A DNA stretch of 64,000 nt from Octopus vulgaris (lineage: Eukaryota). The translations under genes were made by a program, and so were the position numbers. Under the pieces are notes generated by a model. The model made no database searches and was not told the origin of the DNA. It saw only the letters and a list, made by a program, of their open reading frames with translations. This document shows positions 18,610 to 31,960 of the stretch, piece after piece. The first letter of the stretch is position 1, and every line of letters starts with the position of its first letter. Location: the NCBI GenBank assembly GCA_951406725.2, contig OX597823.1, positions 103,850,001 to 103,914,000 on the forward strand. The letters are read 5' to 3'.

Positions 18610-18990
18610 AAAGAAAAGCATACATTCACTCTCTGCATGCAATTAGACTCGGAAAGTTCGTGAGGAACCCATTGACCCAATTTGCTGACTTTTCCGATAG
18701 CACACAGGTCTCAATGAATGGTTGAATGACCAAATCCAAGCTTCTCTGCTAGTTCCTCAACAGTTACGATGAGATTTTGTTCCACCAGGGTTTTCAGGAT
18801 GTCCTTGTCGAGTTCTACAGATCTTTCAGGATGAGGCTCGTCTTCTAGGCTGTAGTTTATGGCTCGGGATTTCTGGAACCACCATTGACACTGCCTTACG
18901 CTTATTGTCCAATCCCCATATACTGCATTAATATTTCTTGTACTTTGCACACATTTATATTCTGTTATTTTTTTATATGTTTCAGCCTTG
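18610..18990 (-). mobile_element. Mariner transposase fragment (HTH region)
   Basis: INAVYG..SVRQCQWWFQK..SLEDEP..TVEELAEKLGFGHSTIH. Confidence 0.8.
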
Positions 18991-19259
18991 AGGTTGTGGC
19001 CATGCTGGATCATGTGTGTGTGTGTGTGTGTGTCTATCTGTCTGTCTGTCTGTATGTATATATGTATATGTATGTGTGTGAACAATAATATTTTCAACAG
19101 ATGTGTTGCAAATGTATCTGATTGTTCTCAAGCTTCAATACTCTGTGTGTGTGTATGTGTGTGTGTATATGTATGTATGTATATGTATGTATGTATGTAT
19201 ATGTATGTATGTATGTATGTGTGTATGTATGTATGTGTGTGTGTATGTGTGTGTGTGTA

Positions 19260-19290
<31 letters not shown>

Positions 19291-20817
19291 ATGTATGTAT
19301 GTATGTATGTATGTATGAATGTATGTATGAGTGTATGTTTACTTTATTACTAACACAAGCCACTACGGTTATTTAATGAAAGTCTTCCTCAAATCACTCT
19401 CTCTCTTGCTATTTACTCTCTTCCAAGAACATTTTCACTCACTCTTAGCTCTTAGCTTCCCATACATTTTACTCATGTATCTATCAGCGTCATAGACAGA
19501 ATACTTTCAGTTTAGTCTTCCTCAAATCACTCTGTCGCTATTTACTTTCATTTTATTCGTTGCCCACTGTGTGTGTGCGTTTGCGTGTGGTGTAAACCAG
19601 ACTAAGAAAAGCATTTGACACACACACCAGAATGTGAGTTTTCTGTAAATTTTGCTTAATTGGAGTTTAAATTTTAAAAACTGGACCTGGCATGACGCGA
19701 TGCATTGTACTCTTAAAAATGCCAGGTAAATTGTAATTGAAGAAATCCTATATTGTAGATTTGTATAACTCCCAAAGGGAGGCAGATAAAATCTGCCTTT
19801 TATAATAAGAGATATGTATATATATGTATATATTACATACATATACGTATATTATATATATATATACGTATATACATGCATATATGTGTTAATATACATA
19901 GATATATATATATACATGTCTGTCTGTCTGTCTGTATGTATGTCTGTCTGTCTGTCTGTCTGTATGTCTGTCTATCTGTCTATCAATACATACAAATACG
20001 CATACATGCAAATATTTATTCATCTTTATGTATGTGTTTATATATATATATGTGTGCGTACACTTAATTAAGTCATTATGAAAATAATAACAGATATTGA
20101 TTAAGAAATGATTTTTTGAAACAGTGTTCTATTTTCAGATGGTCTTTAATCCAATTTCACGTGTTTACGTACATCCTCCTCCTCCTCCTCCTTCGCTGAC
20201 GTGTCTTCGGTGAAGTTTCAGAAACGCCTCACTCATATCTCTGATTCTGTTCTTTCTTACAAATCCAGTTCTCTCTTTTTCCCTCTCTCTCTCTCTCTCC
20301 CTCCCGCTCTCTCGCTTCGTGTTTCTCTTATTCCTGTCTCTCACCCTCTCTTTCTCTCCTCCATTTTGTGCTTCTCTCCTTATCTCTGTCTCTCATCATC
20401 TCTGTCAGACTTGCTTTGTTTTTTTTCTCTAGTTTGTGCAATTGTTTTATAATTTTTCTTCCTCGTTTCACTTCTTTTTCACCAATCAAGGCTTTTATTC
20501 TTCCGTTATTTCTCCGCTAACTCTTTCTGACATATTCTCTCTCACATGCTATTTGCATCCTTGTGTGTGTATGCGTGTGTCTATGAATGTGTACGAGAGA
20601 GAGACAAACTGTGCGGCGTGTAAAAGTGTATGTATATAATTCATGTGTGTAAATATGTATTTTTGTATGTCTGCAGCGGGGGTGGGGTGGGTTGTTATCC
20701 ATTAAACATAACGTTTCAATACATATAATTTTAGAATGCTTATGTTTCGGTAGTATCTCATATTTTGAGATACTATCAATTAAAATGTGCACACAAACAT
20801 ATGAGTATACAGGATTG

Positions 20818-20904
<87 letters not shown>

Positions 20905-21108
20905 CAAATTTATTGACATGAAGAATCGGTGAATAAATTGGTAAATTGTCATGTTTTAATTGCATGAATTTACACTTGTTTCATCAACGTTCGAGCTCAA
21001 GAATGTTGCTATATTATTATAAAATATATGCAAATATAAATTTAAACTACATCATTATATCGATACAATCGAATGTCAGCACATCTGAGGGCTGTATATA
21101 ATATACTT

Positions 21109-21148
<40 letters not shown>

Positions 21149-21156
21149 ATTCCACC

Positions 21157-21225
<69 letters not shown>

Positions 21226-21599
21226 AGTTACATTCGTGCAGAATCTTAGCAGATTGTCATGTAAATCTCGTCTTCATTTTTGGGCTACCTGATGTCAGTA
21301 AGAGTATGAATGCGTCTGCTGCTGGATTCATTTCAAGAAATCCCTGGAGTCCGTAGAGTTTATATAAATAGATGAGAGACAGAAAAAGGAATTCAAGAGT
21401 TATTTTTCATTGAAATCCACTACAATTGTTTCGACTCATTCCGGATCCGTGATATGATGCACAATCAACTGTTGTGCTTCACACGCACGTCATGAGGCGA
21501 CATTTTTAAACAAGTACCTCGATTTTGCTCCTTGTCATTTCACTTAGTTGTATAACAATACATATATTTAGGTAGCTCCTGCATCCTAACATTCTTCTA

Positions 21600-21742
21600 A
21601 GAGTTTCTTATTTTGTCGACATCGAAAAGAAGAAAAGCAAAGTCGATCTGGGCGGAATTTGAACACAGAACACTAAGACAGGCGAAATGCCGCTGAACAT
21701 TTTGCCCGGCGTGAGAACGACTCTGCCAGCTGGCCGCCTGCC
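21600..21742 (-). mobile_element. tRNA-derived SINE fragment (family of 36678)
   Basis: Reverse complement of ggcggcgagctggcaga...gttcaaattccgcc. Confidence 0.7.
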
Positions 21743-22078
21743 CCACGAATATTAACTGGACAGCCATCACCACCTCCATTATTATAAATATACTGGTAAC
21801 CTTAGATCTTACACATGTACTCGAACACAATATCGCGGAATCTATCAGATTCACACGCACACTCGTATACACTAGCAGAGACACAGATAATACGCAGATG
21901 CATATATAGACATACACAAATACAGCATTAACGCATATGTCTGTGTGTCCGAGTTGAAACATACATATAGGTATGCATGTATATATATGTATGCATATAT
22001 GCATGCATGTGTGTATGCATCAATCTATCTATACATCCATTTATCACGTGTGGTTGCATTTTGTTATATATATATATA

Positions 22079-22241
22079 CGACAGGCTTCTTTCAGTTTTC
22101 GTCTACCAAATCTACTCACAAGGCATCGGTGGCCCAAGGGTATAATAAGAGACACTTGCCGAAGGTGCCACGTAATAGGATTGAACCTGGAACGATGTGG
22201 TTAGGAAGCAAGCTTCTTACCATTCAGCCACTACTGCGCCT
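22079..22241 (-). mobile_element. tRNA-derived SINE, third family (other fragments at about 32480, 41623 and 52900)
   Basis: Minus-strand head ggcgcagtagtggctgaatggtaagaagcttgcttcc...ggttcaatcc. Confidence 0.75.
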
Positions 22242-22266
22242 ATATATATATATATATATGTATGTA

Positions 22267-22353
<87 letters not shown>

Positions 22354-22753
22354 GTATATATATGTATATATATATGTATATATATATATATATATATACA
22401 CATATATATACATATATATATATATACATGCATACGCACGCATTTGCGTCTTTGCACTCGCGCGTCTTTCTGTTTTCAAAGATATTAAGATAAGAAATAT
22501 AATCAATAATATATAGATGTGTAATTATTTATCGATTCGTCTAAAAAATGCATCCTTCGCTATACAGCATTTGATTCGTAACTATGGTGACGGGTTGTAG
22601 GTAACGACATAACTACAGTAGGTTAGTGAACGTGGCAGAATATTGTCCATATATGTGCACTCAGTGATTGTTGCTTGCATACGTATAAATACACACACAC
22701 ACACACACACACATATATACGTATATATATTTATATGTGTGTACGTATGTATG

Positions 22754-22811
<58 letters not shown>

Positions 22812-22925
22812 ATATTTCGGAATGGTCATATTGCCAGTTTAACCAATAAAAACACACGCACTATATATTTGGTGTTATTTTGCTTCAGTGATATTTATTT
22901 TTTACATTAATCTTAATCTTATTTC

Positions 22926-22970
22926 GGCCAAAGTTCTTTCGTCACACTCCTGTGACCGCATCAGTGGTCC
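22926..22970 (-). ncRNA. Hammerhead-like motif in PLE pLTR (CUGAUGC variant)
   Basis: ggacca CUGAUGC g GUCACA-ggag-UGUGAC GAAA gaac UU uggcc. Confidence 0.55.
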
Positions 22971-23329
22971 TTTGTTTTCTTCTCACTTACTTGTGTCTCT
23001 CCTTACTAACCGTCAGCCATTTTGTATTTCTATTGTATGTCTTCATTTGCGCATGCTTATATCTCTATGTGCGTCTATGTTTATTTAGTGTGTGTGTGTG
23101 GGGGGATGCCTGTAATATTTGTATCTTCTGGTTATATACATTCTTGTAATTTGTATTTTGTTTTTGTTGTTGTTGCTTTTGTTCTAATTTTGTTCATGTG
23201 TTTACATCCACCCATTATTATCATTACATATGCTTGTATGTATGTATAACAACAATATTAGTAATAATAATAATAAATCTAATTGAAAAAAAAAAAAAAT
23301 ATATATATATATATATACATATATATACA

Positions 23330-23379
<50 letters not shown>

Positions 23380-23921
23380 TATACACATATACATACACAT
23401 ATACATATATATAGTTATTCATTTCTATTTCTTTAATTATCTGTGTATTTATTATGTTTGCAGGATCCACTATCGTTATATGTTGTGGTGTGCGCTATTG
23501 CTCCATTCTAGTTTTCTATTCAGGCTAGGTTTATTTTCTATTATATGTGTAGCTTCTGTAATTTGTCTAATTGTTGCATCTGTTCTATGTGTGGACAATA
23601 TCTTAATCTCTATGTTATTGATTGATCCCCCGTGTTCTTGTTCAGCGTGTTGGTACAGAATCGATGAGCTTTTACCTTCCTTGAGTTGTCTCCAATGTTC
23701 ATTCACCCGCTCACCAATGCTTCTTGCTGTTTCCCCTACGTATGTTACTGTCTTGTTACTGCATCGTCCCTCTATACATCTTATACTATAGACCACATTT
23801 CTGGCTTTACAGTTTGTTTGTGGGCTAAATCTACATACAGTGCAAATGAAGACATACAATAGAAATACAAAATGGCTGACGGTTAGTAAGGAGAGACACA
23901 AGTAAGTGAGAAGAAAACAAA

Positions 23922-23966
23922 GGACCACTGATGCGGTCACAGGAGTGTGACGAAAGAACTTTGGCC
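23922..23966 (+). ncRNA. Hammerhead-like motif in the inverted PLE pLTR (same sequence as 22926-22970)
   Basis: ggaccactgatgcggtcacaggagtgtgacgaaagaactttggcc. Confidence 0.55.
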
Positions 23967-24141
23967 GAAATAAGATTAAGATTAATGTAAAAAATAAATA
24001 TCACTGAAGCAAAATAACACCAAATATATAGTGCGTGTGTTTTTATTGGCTAAACTGGCAATATGACCATTCCGAAATATAACAATATCTGTTTCAACAC
24101 ACGACTTCACATAAAAAATCTTGCACAACAAATATTTAAAC

Positions 24142-24184
<43 letters not shown>

Positions 24185-24199
24185 TACATACGTACATAC

Positions 24200-25110
24200 A
24201 TATGGTTATGGTTGACAACGATCCCTCCAAGTCTATCAGCTCCATCGCCAGGGACATGGGAGTGTCTGTGTTTTTTATTAGGCAGGTAGTCATGAAGACA
24301 TTCGGTATTCCTCATACAAAATGAGAAAAGAACAATTTTTATCCCGACTGATCAAGGATAAGAGGATAGACAAGGCTACGAAGCTTTGGAAAAACTCAAG
24401 CTTCCCCTCCAGCTGAGCATGCTTTGGTTTTTCTTAGACGAGAAAAATTTTTGCCAGAATTAGATGGTGTACACACAGAGCAACCGTTGGCTGACCGTGT
24501 CTGCAAAACATGTAGTGAAAGTGATAAAAGTCAAGCATCCAGTTAACATCATGGAGCGATCACTAATGATGGTGAGGTTATTCCCTCACTCCTCTTCTCA
24601 CACGGCCTCAGACTCAACACGGAGGCCAACATCAAGTGCCCGGAGGAGGTAGTGATGCCCGGGATCAAGACGGTGGCTGCTGGAAGTCTTTATATCTGAC
24701 GACAGGACTCTGCACCTTGCCACACAAGCAGAAGAACTCAGTCATGGCTGTCAGACGATTTCTTCGATTACATCAGCCCTGGCCCCATGAGTTCTCAGAC
24801 TGCAAACCCCCTCGGTTATCATGTATGGGGCGAAAATGACCAACAAAACTCCTTGTAACATCAAGGATAAACTGAAGGCAAGGATCATGGCAGCATTCAC
24901 CAACTTAAACAAGGAGCCTGACCAGAATAGTTGAAAGAGATTCCAACGCCGTCTGGGGGCCGTGGTGGAAGCCAATGGCAATTTTATTGAATAAATTTAC
25001 TCTTTAGTATTTCAAGATATTTTTATGTAATTTTGGTAAATATATCTGTTAAAATGGCATGCCAGTTTTATTTTCATTTTTGCATAATTTAGACGATAAT
25101 TTATTCACCG
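24200..25110 (+). mobile_element. Tc1/mariner superfamily (maT-like DDxD) transposase relic
   Basis: Frameshifted motifs F(S)DEKNF, (Q)QDSAPCH, WP..SxDCxPL, and L.AVVEANG. Confidence 0.75.
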
Positions 25111-25209
25111 CCCCCCGTCCCCCCTCTCTATATATATATATATACAGAGAGACAGAGAAGAGAGGGAGAAAGAGAGAGGAGTAGTAATTTAGATAAATAC
25201 AGTTAGGCT

Positions 25210-25256
<47 letters not shown>

Positions 25257-25263
<7 letters not shown>

Positions 25264-25750
25264 TTAATAAGGGTGAGAGAATTAGATACTAATTTAATAG
25301 CATATCTATTCAACACCAAGTGGCCCAGTGCCTCGAGAAACCTGGATTATTATAATATTTTATAATATATTCCAATATTTTATACAAAAATAAATATAAG
25401 AGAATGGTCACTATGTGGCTCATTCTAGCACTAGAGAATCCAAAAGGTTTCAACCACAAAGATACATGTTTCCTATGAAAGTCAGTACGATTGTTAGCTC
25501 ACACGAACAGGGCAAATAAAAAATAACAAAAATACAGATTATTTTGGTCAGCCAAAACTATCTGGATGAAATCCACTCAATCATACGCCAGATTTTACCA
25601 TAACGATAAATACACGTGTGGTTCAATTGATTACATCCGACGTTATAATTCAAATGCCCTTACCAACAGCGCGCCAAACTTTCACAACCTTTTGGATTCT
25701 CTAGTGCTAGAATGAGCCACATAGTGACCATTCTCTTATATTTATTTTTA
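25257..25750 (-). mobile_element. TA-flanked non-coding element with partial inversion, related to 12516-13362
   Basis: 25386-25450 is inverted at 25687-25750. Shares tctagcactagag and the cttggtg..accct terminal motif. GAAACAUGUA on the minus strand. Confidence 0.65.
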
Positions 25751-25769
25751 TATATATATATATATACTT

Positions 25770-28700
25770 TGATAGGTTTCGGCCATTATTGGCCCAGGCC
25801 ATGTCTAACTTAATAGCACCACCTGGTGAAGTCTTTCAAGTCAGAATTTGGGCACTATGGCCCACTCAAGTAGAGAGCTATTGTTTACAGAGACATATGC
25901 GGGTGTAGGGGGTTTATCCGGGATTTCTTGAAGGAATCTGTCCAAAGACTTCTTGAACTCTATAGGGTCTGTTTCTGTTTTAATGTGTTTTGGTGTAATG
26001 TTACAGAGAGCGGGGCCAATTGAGGTGAAATAATTGTGCCGTATTGTTGTTATGAGATGAGAGTGCGATTTTTGTTGTGGGTGGATGGCACGGGGCCCAA
26101 GCCTTGGATGTACCTTAAAGGTGATGCCAACATCATTTGGGCGATGCTGATGGAATATTTTCCACATCATGCAGATGATGTAGCGCTCACGGCGACGTTG
26201 GAGAGAATAAGGTTTTAGCTTTTCTAGTCGACCCCAATAGTCGAGGCCTGCCATGCCATCTATCTTTTTTGTGATTGCCCTTTGAGGTGCTTCAACCTTT
26301 ATGATACTTTGTTTTGTGTGGGGAGACCACAGTGGACAACAGTATTCAAGGTGGGGTCGGGCAAAAGTGGAGAAGAGAAAGATAATGGTATGGATATCTC
26401 TCGACTGGAAAGTTCTGAGAATCCAGGAACACATTCTGTGGGCCATGTCAACTTTGGTTGAGTGGCCCAGCTTATGTTGTTGTCCACAATTACTCCCAAG
26501 TCTCTGATGTTGTTGGATGCCACGAGAGTTTCACCTGGAGGAAGGGAGTATGGGAGTTTCAGGGCATCCTCTTTTCCAAAGTGGATTAACTTGAATTTAT
26601 CCTCGTTCTGCCCATTGGATAACAGCCAGTAGATCTGACTGAAGGCATGTCCGGTCACTCGCCTCATTTATGATCTTCTGGAGCTTGGAATCATCTGCAA
26701 AGATTTTTATGTTGCTGTGCTTGATGATGTCATTAATGTCATTAATGTAGATGATGAAAAGAAGTGGGCCCAGCACAGTGCCTTGCGGAACGCCACTACT
26801 GACTTTGGCTGGGCTTGATTTTACTCCTTCAACTACAACACGGTGAGATCTGTCTGTCAGGAAACACTTGATCCATTTCAGTAAATTTCTAGAGACACCA
26901 ATGTTGGATAGTTTTTTCAATAGGATCTTGTGATCAACCCTGTCGAAGGCCTTGCTGAAATCAAGGTAGATGACATCGGTGTTGGAGCCCTCTCCCAAAG
27001 CTCTCAAAATGCCATCAAAGTGATGCAGGAGCTGCGTTAGGCAGTTCCTTCCATTACGGAACCCATGTTGGTTAGAGATCAGCCGTCTGTTGCTTTCCAG
27101 AAATTGGGTTATTCGAGATCTCACCACCCTCTCAAATACCTTGATGATATGAGAGGTGAGTGAGATCGGATGAGAGGTGAGTGAGATCCCTGCAAGGGAC
27201 TTGTTTCCCTTTTTGAAAACTGGGACAACAGACTGGGACAGAAAGTTTTTAGGAATATAGCCAGCATCCAGTGAGTTTCTCCACAGATTAGCAAGGGGAG
27301 ATGCAAGTTGGTGTCGACACACCTTCAGGACACAAGCAGGGAACCTATCGGGGCCTACTGCTGAATTGTGTTTTATTTCGTTTATCGCCGCTAAGACATC
27401 AGGGGCACCAAACGTTATGTCCGATATAGTGTGTTGGGGGTTGACATCACTGATACAGCCCAGATCGGCCATATCAGGATTGCTGAAAACAGAGCAGTAT
27501 TGTTTCTGCAGTATCTCGGCCATGGATTTGGCATTATCTTGGAGAGTGCCATTTTCATCAATTAGAGGGCCAACAGTGGAGACAGTGACCCTGTGTTTCC
27601 TCGCAAATGAAAAGAACACTTTGGGGGTGAGTTTGATTTTTTCAATGGCTCACTTCTCCTCAACTGATCTTTGGTTAATGATGAGGGTCTTCATGCATTG
27701 TTGGAGGTTATATTTTTTGGATTCAAGCAGTGCGATAGCCGTCGAATGTGTGTGTTGCTGTTGGCAGTATTTTAGTTCGTTAATTTTTTTGTTTGTTCTT
27801 TTTATTTTTCTGATAATAGTTTTTCTGTTTTGGGGGATTCTGCACTTTTTGTTCACAGGTCTTGGTGGGGAGTATTTTGCACATATGTTTGTGACGGTGT
27901 CTACAAAGATCTGCCAAGATGTTTTATTGTTGGTGGATATGTGTGTATGTGTAAAGGACCAGTCAACATGTGATAGCTCGTTCCTGATTGCATCCCAGTT
28001 GGCATTATGGAGATCCATTTTATCAAATGGGTGGGCTGGAGGGAGGTCACTAGGATTAGCTTTCGGCTGGTGGAATTTCATGTTACAGAGAACCATGTCA
28101 TGGTCTGAAAGAAGGGTTTTTTCTACTGTAATGTTATGTATAGTGTTAGTGTGGTTACTAAACACTAGGTCCAACATGTTCTTCTGATGTCTTGTTGGTG
28201 CAAGGACAAGTTGGGACAAGAAAAACTCATTCATAAAGTCGAAAAGTGACTCTACTGCTTCTTTGTCAGCGGTTGAGGCGGGAGTGCTTGGTTTCAAACA
28301 GTTTGTAGTCCAGTCAATACAGGGTAGATTGAAGTCTCCCATCATGAGTAGGTTGCTAGAATGGCACTGTTGAATAAAGCACTTAATGCTGTTGAGGCAT
28401 TCTTTAAAGTGCAGTATGGGTGTTTGGGGTGGCCTATAGAGCCCAATTACTGTCAGGTCATTGGCTTTGACTGATTCACAGTAGCCGTTGGAGAATATGC
28501 TATTTCCATCTGCCGTAAACGAATCATGCAGGAAAATGGCAGTTCCACCCTTCCTTTTGCCGATACGATCCGCGCGGATGGTTGTGAAATTCTTCACTCT
28601 CACTTTGGCTTCCAAGTGGGAGTTGTCAAGGTGGGTCTCAGTGAGAATGAAGAAAGGGATGTGGTGTGGATGGTTACCAACCCAGTCTTCAATGAATTGG

Positions 28701-29060
28701 AACTTCCATTTTTGTGCATTGATGGAAGGGCTGACACCTTGTGCATTGAGTAGAAATGTGGAGGTTAGTGTAGTGGCTGGTTTTGACTGTTGCAGGGGGC
28801 TTGGATTTTTTTGTGTGTTAGTGACAGCAATGTGGGGAATTGGTGCACTGGGGTAATAGCATAGGATGGTGTTGAATGATGGCTAGAATGTTTTTGTGTA
28901 TCTCTTTTGCCATGTTCAACATGGCTAAGAATTTTCCTGCTTAGGGAGCAGTTTTTGGCTGGAGGTGTGGTTGCACTGTTTGATAGGGTTGTAGTTTCCA
29001 CTTTTGTTGTTGTTGTTTTTGTGTCTTTGTGAAAAGACTGGACCAGCATTACTGCAGCAT
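25770..29060 (-). mobile_element. CR1/L2-group LINE, near-complete ORF2 (APE plus RT), frameshifted
   Basis: APE motifs ETHL, DR..RKGGTA, YRPP, GDFN, LDLVF, SDH (27650-28760). RT motifs QHGFR, DFSKAFD, PQGTVLGP, FADD. C-terminal RPHLEYC..W, LQRRRER. (TA)n on both flanks. Confidence 0.92.
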
Positions 29061-29349
29061 ATATATATATATATTTACGGTTGTGAATTGTAAAAAATAA
29101 ATTGTCATCACTGCTATATGAACGTGAAGATTGCATAGTTCTAGGCATGAAAGTACTTGCTCAATAAGAATGGACATTCAATATTCTATCTCTTCATTGT
29201 ATTATATTATCTCATAATACATTATTATGAGATTGTAAGTAAAACGTGAAAATCAAAGCTGGAATTTCTTTGAGTTGTATATATAAACACACACACGCAC
29301 ATACATACACTCACACATACATACATACATACATACATACATACATACA

Positions 29350-29385
<36 letters not shown>

Positions 29386-29419
29386 TATATATAGACAGAT
29401 AGATAGATAGATAGATAAA

Positions 29420-29648
29420 TAGTGGAGGCACATGGTCTAGCGAAACACCGAAGCTCCACTCGGCTCCAGCAGAAGGTAATGGCGAACTTCTGCTGACTCC
29501 TACGCCATAACTTTCTCTCACTCTTTCCTCCTGCATCTTGCAGCTCACCTGCGACGGACCGGCGTTCCATCCAGGTGGGGAACCTATACGCCAAGGAAAC
29601 CGGGAAACCGGTCCTTATGAGCCAGGCATGGCTCGAGAATGACCAAAC
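29420..29648 (+). mobile_element. SINE-like interspersed repeat
   Basis: Starts gtggaggcacatggtctag, like the tRNA-SINE heads. GC-richer block between microsatellites. Confidence 0.5.
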
Positions 29649-29678
29649 AATATATATATATATATATAGATAGATAGA

Positions 29679-29775
<97 letters not shown>

Positions 29776-29815
29776 CATACATATATATATATCTTTGGAT
29801 GTTTCCCTTTCTTAT

Positions 29816-29850
29816 GTTTCTGACGAAGAGCTCCGCTCGAAACGTTATAC
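29816..29850 (+). ncRNA. Minimal type I hammerhead motif (PLE pLTR type)
   Basis: gttt CUGACGA a GAGC-ucc-GCUC GAAACGUU auac. Palindromic AACGUU. One mismatch in stem I. Confidence 0.65.
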
Positions 29851-29953
29851 CCTCCTTCTTTCTTTCCTTTCCTGAGAGTCCAATAATACTATACTTGTCC
29901 CACGTCCTCGTGTTGTTGTGTTTTCTCTTTGTGTTTTCATGTTTGGATTAAAT

Positions 29954-30012
<59 letters not shown>

Positions 30013-30151
30013 TATTAAATTAGAGATAAAACCACTATTAGGCAAATCAAACAATGAAAAACTTAAGCCAATACATAAAATTAATTAATTTATATTATTT
30101 TAAATATATATCAAACGTATTAAAAGTTTAATAAAAGATAACGAGTAAAAC

Positions 30152-30221
30152 ACTACGATCGTTTCATGGCTGTCCAATTCTTAATAATTCGAGTTATGGT
30201 TACAGTCAATCTTCAGGTAAT
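30152..30221 (-). ncRNA. Type I hammerhead motif (inverted copy)
   Basis: Reverse complement of 30251-30320. Confidence 0.65.
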
Positions 30222-30250
30222 TGCTAAACCTCGCTAAGATAAATATTTCA

Positions 30251-30320
30251 ATTACCTGAAGATTGACTGTAACCATAACTCGAATTATTAAGAATTGGAC
30301 AGCCATGAAACGATCGTAGT
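30251..30320 (+). ncRNA. Type I hammerhead motif
   Basis: Stem I attac/gtagt, CUGAAGA, stem II tgactgt/acagcca, GAAA-CGA-UC. Predicted cut after 30315. Confidence 0.65.
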
Positions 30321-30543
30321 GTTTTACTCATTATCTTTTATTAAACTTTTAATACTTTTGATATATATTTAAAATAATATAAATTAATTAATTTTATGTA
30401 TTGGCTTAAGTTTTTCATTGTTTGATTTGCCTAATAGTGGTTTTATCTCTAATTTAATATGATATAATATTTTACTATAAAATTGGATTTAATCCTAAAT
30501 CTGATTTTTCCCTGTAAGTTTGGATTTATTCCCTAATATTTTA

Positions 30544-30580
<37 letters not shown>

Positions 30581-30984
30581 CTGCATTACTGCCGACACAT
30601 TAAGCCTGATTCTTATTACTCCCATATCCATTCTTGATGCTGTGGCCTTTGCCTAGGTTAAAGTCTTTGTTTAGTATGGAATTATTTGGAGCACTACTAT
30701 GCGTGTTTTATACCGAGCTTATCTGACCCTCAGCTATTGGTTGTCTGTATTTTGGTTTATATATATTAGACCGACTTAGGAAAGGAACCACCTTAATAAA
30801 CGGCTGACTACATCGTGACAACGGCTTCGGTTTTTCCACAAAGTCTAGTAGACATTTAATAAATTCATGAAAAGTGCAACCCAGTTCTTCAACATGTAAA
30901 GGCTAAAGATCCCTATAGCGACGAATTTCGCCGTTGTTAACACAAGAACCCACCGTCTGGTGTTCGAGAACTTTGTTATGTATA

Positions 30985-31190
30985 TTGGTTTCAAATTTTG
31001 GTACAAGGCCAGCAATTTCGAGGGTGGTAGAAAGTCGATTACTCCAGTACTCAGCTGGTACTCATTTTATCGATCCCGAAAGGATTAAAAGCACAGTCAG
31101 CCTCGACAGAATTTGAACTCAGACCGCGAAGACGGAGAAAATGTTGTTAAGCATTTTGTCCTGCGTGCTAATCATTCTGCTAAGTCACCA
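30985..31190 (-). mobile_element. tRNA-derived SINE fragment (family of 36678)
   Basis: ctggtactcattttatcgatcccgaaagg...aatttgaactcag, reverse complement of the SINE body. Confidence 0.65.
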
Positions 31191-31329
31191 GTTAACTTTG
31201 TCATGGAAATTGACGGGGAAATATTCAAATTGTATACGAGTAAACCTTCTCATTAAAAGCTAACGTTTTAAAGATAAGTTATACATCAAATAATGTAACT
31301 ACTTATTTAAAACTACACAAAAGAAATGG

Positions 31330-31720
31330 AGATTTAAAATAATCAGGTTCACCCGATGTCTTTCCATACAGATCCAAAGGAAGCCAAAATCTTTTTCAAC
31401 TTAATAGAAAAATATATGCTCCCCAATCGAAAATACAATAGCTTCAGTTACAATCGCACCTAACTTTTGGAAAACATCATAGCATGCACACCTACAAACA
31501 CATCTGAAATCTGTTTGGAAGGAAACATCAAAGATTGACCTCTAAATTGATTATATTACCCTAAATATGTTATTTACGAAACGGGGTTTGCGGGCATAAT
31601 CCCTCATCATCCCATCTCCAAAACACAATCAATTGGTATATAGGAGGGAGTGAAAGTATTTTCAACTTCCAGAATACCATAGGACATCTAAGGACTATAT
31701 TCTCCAGCTAAGGCTGCTCA
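31330..31720 (+). mobile_element. Highly decayed Penelope-like RT C-terminal/GIY-YIG relic
   Basis: FNLIEKY..NSFSY and WYIGGSESIF resemble the PLE linker and YIG motif. Confidence 0.4.
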
Positions 31721-31857
31721 CCAACAGAAGCAATGTCTAATTATAATCTAAAATGAAAAATACTAGGAAACATCAGTGCCCTCGGTTATTATATGTAATT
31801 GTGTTTGTGTACGCACACGCAAACATACATGCCACTTGATATATATATATATTATAC

Positions 31858-31888
<31 letters not shown>

Positions 31889-31914
31889 CACACATATATG
31901 TATATGTATGTATG

Positions 31915-31960
<46 letters not shown>

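Larger units (their letters stand above)
22805..24088 (-). mobile_element. Penelope-like element 3' fragment: GIY-YIG endonuclease with inverted pseudo-LTRs
   Basis: Translation CKARNVVYSIRC..C..YVGETARSIGERVNEH..ILYQH..RQITEA..I..KPSLN (23476-23840). 22805-23050 and 23841-24088 are inverted copies. Confidence 0.9.
30006..30546 (+). mobile_element. TA-flanked element with ~215-bp inverted head, carrying two opposite HHR copies
   Basis: 30006-30223 is the near-perfect reverse complement of 30248-30468. Related tail fragments at about 38760-38805 and 55540-55595. Confidence 0.8.

Noticed and set aside
19381-19548. ~35-bp direct repeat agtcttcctcaaatcactct at 19381 and 19513
   Set aside because: Small local duplication with no identifiable element between the copies.
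21415-21550. Minus-strand GAAACAAUUGUA motif
   Set aside because: No matching core or stem I found. At most a decayed pLTR remnant.
25770-25835. Minus-strand ggcc-aataat-ggcc-GAAAC at the CR1-like LINE 3' end as a hammerhead
   Set aside because: No CUGANGA-like core upstream. More likely the LINE 3' stem-loop.
27366-28187. 273-aa plus-strand ORF and other antisense ORFs over the LINEs
   Set aside because: Shadow frames of LINE ORF2.
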